A DNA stretch of 64,000 nucleotides from contig NC_057719.1 of NCBI RefSeq assembly GCF_004010195.1, positions 66,738,421 through 66,802,420 of the forward strand, in the 5' to 3' direction. Positions 36,001-46,249 of the stretch are shown here, in pieces. The stretch comes from Chiloscyllium plagiosum. Taxonomy: Eukaryota. The position numbers and the translations under genes were made by a program. Every line of letters begins with the position of its first letter. Position 1 is the stretch's first letter. Under the pieces are notes generated by a model. That model saw only the letters and a program-made list of their open reading frames with translations, did not search any database and had not been told where the DNA came from.

Positions 36001-36040
36001 GAGTTCTGAGGAAAGGTCACTTGACCTGAAACGTTAACTC
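36001..36040 (+). ncRNA. Minimal type I hammerhead-ribozyme-like motif in a pLTR-like fragment (36001-36090)
   Basis: GAGTT-CTGAGGA-A-AGGTCA-CT-TGACCT-GAAAC-GTT-AACTC: perfect 5-bp stem I, stem II and an intact core. Activity is not shown. Confidence 0.6.
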
Positions 36041-36179
36041 TGATTTCTCTCCTCAGATGCTGCCAGACTTGCTGAGCTTTTCCAGCAATTTATAGTGATT
36101 TCTTACTTATACAAGACCATAGTTACATGCATTTGAGGTATTGGGATTGGTGGGGGGGGGAGGGGTGCAGGGTGGTCCA

Positions 36180-37450
36180 ATAATTGAATGGTCCCCAATT
36201 AAAATTGGAAGAAATAGTTTAGATGGTGCTCTTTCCCCACTGCATTTGGGCACCAACTGCCCCAAGCTTTAATGTGTCCTTCAGCACATGTAGCTCTGGG
36301 CCTTTGAATGTTCCAGTTGGCAACACTTAGTCAAAGTCAGCTCCTGTCTCTGGAAGACCAACACATTTCAGGCCAAACAAAGAGCGTCCATCAATATTTG
36401 TTCTCCAGACGCAGTCAATATTTGTCTTGGTGTGTCCCAGGGAATGACCGTAGAGCAGTCCTGCATCACGGAGCTGCTCAGGACAAACCTCAACAAAACA
36501 CATTGCATCTTTCTCCAGATTTCCTTTGCAAAGCCACATTCCAATAGGAGATATGTAAGAATCTCTACCCCGCTGTAGTCACTCAGTGGTACAGAGACCA
36601 GGCATGGATGAAGAATCTCACAGGTGGTGCCCTTCTCAACACCAGCCAGACGATGTCTTGGTGCTTGCTGGAAAATCCTGGTGAGGAGGCATTCTGCCAA
36701 TGACTTTGACAGTCCGCTCAGGGAACCTTTCAACATGATCCATCCTCTCATTTTTCAACAGGGTCCTGAGGATACTGCGTGCTGACTGCTTCCTGACAGA
36801 CTTGTGGTCAAAGGTGCTTTTCTTTGCAATTTTCTTCATGAAGAACAGGTGATACAGAACAGTCCAACTACTTGGAACATTCCATAAAGCCATTTTTCAC
36901 AATACCATAGTGACAGTGTTTGCTTACTGAGGGTCTATGCACAGCTTGTTGCAGGCACCCACAAAGGTGGCCATTGGGATGAAGCTGTCATTGGGTATGT
37001 TCTTCCCCCTCCTTTTTCAGAGGTTTGTACATGGTGTTCCTGAAGACCTGGTCAATCTTAGTCCTCAAGATGAAATGGAAGATGGTTCAGGTGACTGCAA
37101 CGGTTCGGTTCTGGGGATAGGCCAGACAGAGAGTACCTCACACCTGATGACCAGGTTTTTACCCATAATGGAGAAGTGGTGCTCCAAAAAAAGCCCACTT
37201 GCTGCCTCACCTTGGCAATACAGTCATCCCAATTTTTTGCACATACCCCAACCCCTCTGAATCATATTCCTAGCACTTTCAGGTCATCTGTCCTGACATG
37301 GAAGGGGATAAAGGATCGGTTGGCCCAGTTCCCAAAGAACATAGCCTTGCTCACACCCCAGCTCCTGAGGCCAGTTTGAACTGGTCACTGATGCTCACGA
37401 GCCTGCGCACTGACAGCAATGTCATCTATATACAGGGAGGCATGGACCTG
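36180..37450 (-). mobile_element. L1/Tx1-like LINE ORF2 3' fragment
   Basis: Zinc-binding (zf-RVT-like) remnant YLLLECGFAKEIWRKMQ and an upstream YIDD-like site (ctgtatatagatgac at ~37421-37435, minus strand). Confidence 0.65.
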
Positions 37451-38344
37451 TAACTGGATTAATTTTGAAAAAGGTGAAATCTCACCCTGTGCAGCATTAG
37501 CCATGTTGTAATTCTGCCTGTTCAATGTAGTGTCATATTTTGATCATATTAACACTTACTTGGATCTGAGGTGATTCTGGTAAAATGTGTCAGCTTTTTA
37601 CAAGAGACGAAAAAAAGAAACAAATATAGAAACAAATGCAGAAAAACGTTACTCTTGGATAGACTTAAATTGGTTTCCAAAATGACTACTTTAATTCACA
37701 ATACCTATTACACAAAAATTGTCAATAATGGAAAGGTGAAATCTTGGGAGTAGTCATGTATTGTTTTCTTGACTACTGGAGGCACAGAAACATACTGGGG
37801 AGCTCTTTGATGATTATTTAATGGTTTCTAGTTAGTCTCTGGGGCAAATCATTTGATGACACAAGAAAAATCATAAACTGGAAACCACTCGTTCCAATTT
37901 GATATCAACTATAAAGAATTCCTTATCTCATTTTACATGACTGTATGTAAACAAAATAACATGTAAAACTATCCTTGATCATGTGAATGAAATAACATTT
38001 GTAAAATGGAATGGAAGTCAACTTGAGAGCTCATTGAATAATTGGTAAAAGCATGGAGAGAATTTTAATTTAGCAACCTGCACACACACACAAACAAGTA
38101 CAAATACAGTCTTGGCAGGCAGGAGTGGAGGTTAGAAAAGGTCAGTAAATACATGTAATCAAGTTTCAAACAGCCACTAGCATTTTAACTGGCACCAGAC
38201 CTGGGAACTTTGAAGAAAGCAATTCTGGAAATGTGGATTGCACTTGGAGTATTTTAATAATGACCCATTTTTCATACTAGAAAATTATATTTAATGTCTA
38301 AAAGCAGTTTTCCAGGGCATAGGAAACACAGCAGCCAAAGAAAT

Positions 38345-39060
38345 GTGCTGCCGAACAAAGAGACCTTGGAGTGCAGGCTCATAGCTCCTTGAAAGTGGAG
38401 TCGCAGGTAGATGGGATAGTGAAGACGACATTTGGTATGCTTTCCTTTATTAGTCAGAGTATTGAGTACAGGAGTTGGGAGGTCATGTTGCGGCTGTACA
38501 AGACATTGTTTAGGCCGCTGTTGGAATATTGCGTGCAATTCTGGTCTCCTTCCTATCGGAAAGATGTTGTGAAACCTGAAAGGGTTCAGAAACGATTTAC
38601 AAGGATGTTGCCAGGGTTGGAGGGTTTGAGCTATAGGAAGAGGCTGAACGAGCTGCGGCTGTTTTCCCTGGAGCATCGGAGGCTGAGGGGTGACCGTAGA
38701 GAGGTTTAAAAAATTATGAGGGGCATGGATAGGGTAAGTAGGCAAAGTCTTTTCCCTGCGGTCAGAGAGTCCAGAACTAGAGGGCATAGGTTTAGGGTGA
38801 GAGGGGAAAGATATAAAAGAGACCTACTTTTTCACACAGAGGCTGGTATGTGTATGGAATGAGCTGCCAGAGAAAGTGGTGGAGGCTGGTACAATTGCAA
38901 CATTTAAGAGGCATTTGGATGGGTACATGAATAGGAAGGGTTTGGAGGGATATGGGACAGGTGCTGGCAGGTGGGACTAAATTGGGTTGGGATATCTAGT
39001 CAGCCTGGATGGGTTAGACTGAAGGGTTTGTTTCCATACTGTACATCTCTATGACTCTAT
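38345..39060 (+). mobile_element. CR1/HER1-type LINE 3' fragment
   Basis: VMLRLYKTLFRPLLEYCVQFWSPSYRKDVVKPERVQKRFTRMLPGLEGLSY; tail ends ATGACTCTAT. Confidence 0.9.
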
Positions 39061-39689
39061 AAAGGTGCCATATTGAGTCCATTTTAGATCTTGAAGTAGC
39101 CTTGCAGGTCTCTAGCAGAGGGCACTACAGAGCCCAATTTCAATTTCTGCTGCTTTGTATTTACTGCTTTCTTCTATATACATTTTCCTTTTAACACCAC
39201 AAAATCACTGAAGGTTATTGCTTTGACCTCCTGTAAATGTTGTCAGACCTGACAGGTTTGTTTTTAGTGGAAGCATCGTACTGTATAACAATATCCAAAA
39301 ATAGGAATAAAAAGTGATCTTACAGCAATGAATTCCCATGTAGTGATTTGGGAACTGTGGACTAATCGTAAAACTGATAAGCTAGTATGAGGAGTTTTCA
39401 CTTGTGCACCATACAAGGCAAGTGATTATATTTAAAAAGCCACAAATTGAATCTATTTTTTCTGTAAAAGAACAGTAATGTGATAGTGACAGACTGAAAG
39501 CAAGGAGTACGGGATTGCTGATGAATGGGAAATTAACATTGAAATTACTAGTATTGTTCTTGAATTAGGTGCTCATTCACAGCCTGGACATCTTTTGCTC
39601 TTCAATTCAGTATTTAATTAGGAGGAAATGATTATGAGCAAATGTTTGGTAATTGACATGTTATGAACTCATTCATTCCAGTGTTAACT

Positions 39690-40075
39690 GTAATGTAGCC
39701 AGTAGCAATTTCACCAATGTCTGAAGCTGGATTCAAATTCTATTCAGGACACTTGGGCACGATAAATCGAGGTTGATACTCCAGTGTAATACTGCAGAAA
39801 TGCTGTACTGTTGAAGGTACTGTCTTTCAGATGAGATACTATATCAAGACCCTTGCTGCTCAGTAATGTTTGTACAAAAAGATTCAGTGACATTATTTAG
39901 AAGATTAGGAGAATGCAAGGTTCTTTCTAGTCCTATCAGGTCTGATCTAAGAATTACTGAAATAATGTCATGTTTAAATACTTCGATTAACCACCAAAAA
40001 AGGTTTACTATTTGTCTGCATGCAAGAACATCTGCAAAGTTGGTCAAGCATTAAAACACAATGAGGTTACAAAGA
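39690..40075 (+). mobile_element. Old SacSINE1/DeuSINE-like SINE remnant
   Basis: GTTGATACTCCAGTGTAATACTG...TGTTGAAGGTACTGTCTTTCAGATGAGA resembles the recalled Deu-domain SINE consensus. Confidence 0.5.
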
Positions 40076-43025
40076 GTTTATACCTACAAATTGCCCAGAA
40101 CAGGTTTATCATGATTGCAGACTTCTGTGATTCACCAGCTCATTTCTCTCCTTTAACGGCAGTAACCAAATTCAAAAGTCAGCCCTTTTATTATTAAAAT
40201 CTGTATGTGCTAATGTTCACCAATGGTCTTTCACAGAATGGTTCAAATTAAGAGGATAATTAGCCAGAAGTGCTTTGCTGTTTATTAATAATTAGTTGTG
40301 CTTATCAAGTCTTAGGAACATTGAAAAATGGATACAGCTTTTCAGACATCCTAGGTCTATTTGAAACACTTTATCTCGATCTGTTGCACTTTGCATGAGA
40401 AGTTAGTTCTCAAAATCATTTTCACCTTTCAGTAGTTAAGAAATACAAGCCATTTCCCATCGCTAATGTTGCATTCAATGTCTCAATGCATAGTGAACAA
40501 ATTTAGCTCAGCTTTACCATTTATAGATGTGAATATTCCATGGCAGAAGAAGCTACACACGTTTCAGCCAATAACTTTTCTATTGATTCCAAGTCCTTCA
40601 GGAGTATTTTTCTGGTGTATTGCTCAACATGCATCCCACGCATCAACCTCACAAAACAAAATGTGGGAAATAGTGTGCAAAATGGTAGCACTGCCTCCTA
40701 CAATGCTATAGTAACGACTAGAGAAGTACTTTATTTGCTGTAAAATGAGAGATGTCCTGAAAGATTCCATATTTTTGCAGGCTTTTCTTTTACACTTTGG
40801 TCTTTTTGATCTATCTTGGTACAGGCTTGTTTTCTGTTGAAAATACATTTGCATGACATTTAACAAGATGCTACAGCATGGTATATTTACATGTTGTTTT
40901 TAAAAAAAACTCCAGGACTGAAATTTCCTATATCAGGAGTAAATATTTTCCGCACATCTTGAGATCTGAATCTGTTTTCACAATAAGGTATGTAACCAAA
41001 CTGAAAAGAAAATTACAGCTGAAAACCATGGTAATGGCTAAGGATCAGATCTTTTGTTAAGACTATTAATATTAAAAGATGAGAGTGAGCCATATTTGGA
41101 GACTTCATGCACACATGAAGGCTCAAATGTATTTGCCGCATCATTTCTAAAAGGCTTTCCACTACCGAGGTTAAGCTGATTAACTTATAGTTTTCAGGTT
41201 CATCCTTGTACTCCTTTTTGAACAAGGTGGAGCATTTGCAATTACTCAGACCTTTGACACGATCCTTCTGAATATGATAACGTGCATTGGCACTATGACT
41301 TTACTTTTAGTGCAACCAGCTAACACCTTGTTTATCACTTTTTAGCCCAGTTGGTGTCTAGATTCTAAGTCACTATGACTTGGGCAGCATTTTTTGGAGT
41401 AAATACAGAAGCAAACATCCATGTAATACCCAAACCAAGTCCTACAGTTCCAAGTGTAAATGACCTTGTTGGTGTCTAAAGCCTACGTTATACTATTTAT
41501 ACACCCAAGGACAACATTCCATTTTACATGATCTTTTTTCTACCCCACTTCCCCTCTGAAAAATTCTACATTAAGCGTGGTTCACACTTGTATTATCAAC
41601 CCGACACCATTCCAAGTTCTGAATGAGCATTTTTTTTAAAAAATGAAAACTGTATCTGCCTGAAATTGCTCATGATGGTTTAAAGAGAGGTGCAACTTCG
41701 AGGTCAGATCAAACTGGTTTGGAATGACCCAAATTGATAGTATATACAAATCATAATCTCTGTAAGGTGCCAGGACTAATTTAATTACATCAAATAGAAA
41801 TAATATCACATTAAGACAACTCAGGCACTGGAATCACTACAAAAAGGAGCAAGACAAAACTCACAACATAGTAGAGGAGAACATCAGGCAAGTCCATGAT
41901 TCAAATGAGAAATAAAACCAGAGTCTGTAAATTACTGCGTTTTGTTAAACCGCATACAAATTGTTACAAATTGATAAATCTCAATTATTGATTCATTTGG
42001 GAGGTTCCAACCCGATTTCCATTCTTCTGACAGTTACACCCTTTTCGATTTATTCTTACTCGAAGTCTTCAGTGAGCTTTTGATCTGTTTCTTCCATCAT
42101 TCCACTTGATTGTACTGCAAACCTGTGCTTAAGTCAAGAGCAATGTTTTTAAACAAGTGCACTACAAATAGAAGAATTTTTTTATTTCAATTCTGCTCAC
42201 TTGAGTTAAATGCTGTAAACATAGACATGAGTATTGTGAACAATTTCTTACAGTTTATGTTTATGCTCAGATCAACTGACAATAATTTCATTGGAAAAGC
42301 TGCAATATTAAGTCAAATTCAACAGGATTGCTGTAAAAAGCTGAGATAGACTATTTACATCTATATTTCATAATAAAAGTAGAGAGAGTACAGCTAAAAC
42401 ATTCCTATTAATTTTAAAATATAAAACTACAGTACAACATACTGTATAAAACCGTAAAACAACTAAAGGTGTTTAATGGGAATTTCTGATAGAGGATGTG
42501 ATTTCCAATGTACAGTGAGAAATCTTGTTAAATAGAATCAACACAATAAAATTAGCCTGCATCGTCAACCTGCTCTAAACACGGACACCCATGGGAAGCA
42601 GGTGAAATTTTACATTGATTACTTTAAAATCTTTACATTTAAATGCCAAAGAGAAGTTTAATTCTTCCATCTTCAATTCTTCACTCAGTTTAATGATAAT
42701 GAACACAATGGACTTACTCAGCAGTGAGTTGAAACAAAAATTACCTAATACCACTCAAAGCAAAGAGCAGGACACAGCTTTCTACACAGTTGATCTACAC
42801 TACAGCAAAGCACACAAATACATATTAATAAAAATGCATAGGTACAAAAATTGTTCTTATGCGTTTGAGAATAGTTACTTAATTTTTAAAAATCAAATTC
42901 CAGCATTTCAAGTAATTATAACCTGAATATCAAAGTTGAAGCCAGCTTTAAAGAGCTCAACTTGTGCAATTGGATGCATCAAAACAGCAGCAATGTGGAA
43001 TGATAACAGATTAATTATAACATAT

Positions 43026-44441
43026 TTATAGGTCGATAGGTTTGGTTGTGAGTTTTCCTGATGATATTGGACACTTTGGTGAACCTCTGTAACGATGTCT
43101 TTCCTTTTCTGAAACTTTATGCAACATGGAATTACAGATAGATTTCTCTGGAGTTACACAAGACATATTCTCAATAACTACACTACGCTTTGGCAGTACA
43201 CCTTCAACTTGATGCATTCTTGACATGTTTCCATTAGTCAAATCTCCAAAAACTGACTGGTTAATACTCCGATCAAAAGAATTCTTCTGCTGATTAGCTG
43301 AGCGATTTTGTTTAAAAACTACAGAATATTGTGTTTGTCTTGCTGCTTTGGTTTTGCAAAATCCTTCAACAGACAAATTATTTTGACGCACATCACTTTG
43401 TTTACTTTGCTTAACATTTGCATTTTGCACAAATGAAGATGAATTTGAATTAAACGGCAGAACACTTTCATGACTTACTGATTTAACTAATGGAGAGCCA
43501 ACTGTAGTTTTACATGATCGGGTCCTAGTCACTATTGATTTGTCATTTCCATACAATAATGAATTCATCCTCCTAATAGAGTGTCGAACAGGAGTACGTT
43601 TGAATGATAAAGGTGGTTGAACAGTTTTGCATTTTGGAGTCTGGTCATTTAATGAAAGACTATTGAACCACTGAATATGTTCAATCACTTTGCGATGACC
43701 ACATTCAGAGGTCTTCAGAACTTGTTCTGAAACTTTCCTCAAAGGGGCATCCAAAGTAAGCCTCTTTGAAGGGAATTCCAAAGCTGGAGTTCCATCTGTA
43801 GACAGTAAATTGCTACCACTTTTAGTCAAAGTAGGTTCTAATTCGTTAGGCAAGCGCAAAGACTGGTGCAATTCAGAGGGATGATTACTATCAACTAATG
43901 CGTCTGTAGAATGTGGCACAGTTAAGCTTTCTGCAGAAATACCATTTTCAACTTGTTCTTTCAACACTTCATAATTCAATGGCATCTTATCAGGAGATGA
44001 CTGTCCTGTAAATGAAAATACTGCACTAGATTTAAATAGCGGTTGGGTTTCGTTTAGACGACTGTGATCACCCAGAGAAGGAAAACACGTGCTTTTCTCT
44101 TTTAGGACTGCAGTTTCACACGTGTCTTGCTGATCTAAAATATTAATGCAGTTTAGATTACTGCTCGTGCTAAATGTCATGTTCATATCAGTTGAGCTGG
44201 AATCTATTTTGAGATTTTGAAGTTTTATTTCAGAAACAAGTTTGGCTGGCAATTCAGGACATGAACATTTTGAATCTGATGCATCTTCATATGTACTATC
44301 AGGCTTCTGAGGGACAGCCACAGTTTCAGTCTGTTGGAGAAGCAAGTCATTGTTACATAGGTTTTCCACAGTGGAAGGTTTATGGTCTTCAGCAAATGAA
44401 CCTTGGTCACTTCCAGATTCAGAAAATGCCCTTTCAATTTT
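43026..44441 (-). CDS. ARHGAP11A: ARHGAP11A last coding exon (5' part lost in N-gap 44442-44941)
   Basis: Open frame from the gap edge (KIERAFSESGS) to the stop. Motifs HRKVIEHIQWFNSLSLN, FKRTPVRHSIRRMNSLL, SPLVKSVS, DLTN and YRGSPKCPI...TTKPIDL* match the ARHGAP11A C-terminus. Confidence 0.93.
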   Translation of the reverse strand, partial: KIERAFSESGSDQGSFAEDHKPSTVENLCNNDLLLQQTETVAVPQKPDSTYEDASDSKCSCPELPAKLVSEIKLQNLKIDSSSTDMNMTFSTSSNLNCINILDQQDTCETAVLKEKSTCFPSLGDHSRLNETQPLFKSSAVFSFTGQSSPDKMPLNYEVLKEQVENGISAESLTVPHSTDALVDSNHPSELHQSLRLPNELEPTLTKSGSNLLSTDGTPALEFPSKRLTLDAPLRKVSEQVLKTSECGHRKVIEHIQWFNSLSLNDQTPKCKTVQPPLSFKRTPVRHSIRRMNSLLYGNDKSIVTRTRSCKTTVGSPLVKSVSHESVLPFNSNSSSFVQNANVKQSKQSDVRQNNLSVEGFCKTKAARQTQYSVVFKQNRSANQQKNSFDRSINQSVFGDLTNGNMSRMHQVEGVLPKRSVVIENMSCVTPEKSICNSMLHKVSEKERHRYRGSPKCPISSGKLTTKPIDL

Positions 44442-44941
44442 NNNNNNNNNNNNNNNNNNNNNNNNNNNNNNNNNNNNNNNNNNNNNNNNNNNNNNNNNNN
44501 NNNNNNNNNNNNNNNNNNNNNNNNNNNNNNNNNNNNNNNNNNNNNNNNNNNNNNNNNNNNNNNNNNNNNNNNNNNNNNNNNNNNNNNNNNNNNNNNNNNN
44601 NNNNNNNNNNNNNNNNNNNNNNNNNNNNNNNNNNNNNNNNNNNNNNNNNNNNNNNNNNNNNNNNNNNNNNNNNNNNNNNNNNNNNNNNNNNNNNNNNNNN
44701 NNNNNNNNNNNNNNNNNNNNNNNNNNNNNNNNNNNNNNNNNNNNNNNNNNNNNNNNNNNNNNNNNNNNNNNNNNNNNNNNNNNNNNNNNNNNNNNNNNNN
44801 NNNNNNNNNNNNNNNNNNNNNNNNNNNNNNNNNNNNNNNNNNNNNNNNNNNNNNNNNNNNNNNNNNNNNNNNNNNNNNNNNNNNNNNNNNNNNNNNNNNN
44901 NNNNNNNNNNNNNNNNNNNNNNNNNNNNNNNNNNNNNNNNN
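44442..44941. other. Assembly gap (500 N) hiding the acceptor and first part of the ARHGAP11A last exon
   Basis: Run of N; the reading frame runs open into the gap. Confidence 1.
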
Positions 44942-44944
44942 CAG

Positions 44945-45897
44945 TAATAACTGAAAATGAGCTAGCTATTTGGACACAAAATTGGCTCGAAGATAGGAGA
45001 CATAGGGTGGTGGTGGTGGTGGAGGGCTGCTTTCTGGACTAGAGGCCTGTGACCAACGGTGTACTGCAAGAATCGGTGCTGGTTCCACTGCTTTTTGTGA
45101 TTAACATTAATTATTTGGATGCGAATTTAGGAGATATTGTTAGTCAGTTTGCAGTTAACACCAAAATTGGTGCAGTAGTGGACAGAGAAGAAGGTTACCA
45201 GAGAGTACAATGGGACCTTGTTCAGATGGGCCAAGGAGTGGCAGATGGAGTTTAAATTTAGAGAAATGAGAGGTGCTGCATTTTGGTTAAGACAAATGAG
45301 GGCAAAATTTATATACTAACGCTAAGATCCTGGGGTATGTTGCCAAACAAAGAGACCTTCGGGTAGAGGTTCACAGTTCCTTGAAAGTGGAATCGCAGGT
45401 AGACAGTAGTGGAGGAGGAGTTTGCCTTTATGGGTCAGTACAGTGAGCATAGGAACTGAAAGAATAGCGGATGCTGTAAATCAGAAACAAAAACAGAAGT
45501 TGCTGGAAAAACTCAGCTGGCTTGGCAGCATCTGTGAAAATAAATCAAAGTTAACATTTTAGGTCCAGTGACCCTGCCTCAGCTGTTCTGGGAAGGGTAA
45601 ACAGACCATAAATGTTAATTTTGATTTCTCTTTACAGATGCTGAAAGACCTGCTGAGCCTTTCCAGCAATTTTTGTTTTTGCATTGAGTATAGGAGCTGG
45701 GAGGTCACACTGCGGCTGTACAGGACATTGGTGAGGCCATTTTTAAAATATTGCATTCAATTCTGGTCTTCCTGCTATAGAAAAGATGCTGCGAAACTTA
45801 AAAGGGCTCAGAAAAGATTTAGAAGGATGTTATCAAGGTTGGAGGGTTTGAGCTATATATAGGAAGAGCTGAATAGGCTGGGGCTATTTTCCCTGGA
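44945..45897 (+). mobile_element. CR1 LINE RT fragment interrupted by a fold-back element (45459-45681)
   Basis: GVLQESVLVPLLFVININYLD...FAVNTKIG and LYRTLVRPFLKYCIQFWS. The insert is flanked by a degenerate TSD: CAGTGAGCATAGGAACTG (45441-45458) and CATTGAGTATAGGAGCTG (45682-45699). Confidence 0.8.
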
Positions 45898-46249
45898 TTA
45901 TATGAGTTCCCTACACATAAAATCCTCCTTGTCACAACCTTGAACTGTACTTTTCCCTAATGTCACTGAGCAAAGAGTAATAGGGTACAAATATGAAAAA
46001 TTGTGGACAATGTTATGCTCCAAGCCTATACCTATTGAGTACAGGATTAAAACTCCCCAAACTCATCTTACTAAAGATTCCTGTGAAAGAGACCACTACC
46101 TAATTGTCTGGGTTGAATTAGAATCCATCTTAATAGCAAAACAACAGCAGCATTTGTTGCTTCAAGTAATATTACAGCACTCAGAGTTGATACTGGGTAA
46201 AGATTTCAGCGTCAAACCCCCTTTACTTCATTGCCCATCAGTTAACATA

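Noticed and set aside
42040..42125. Possible extra terminal exon downstream of the ARHGAP11A stop
   Set aside because: Short frames with no homology; more likely 3' UTR or flank.
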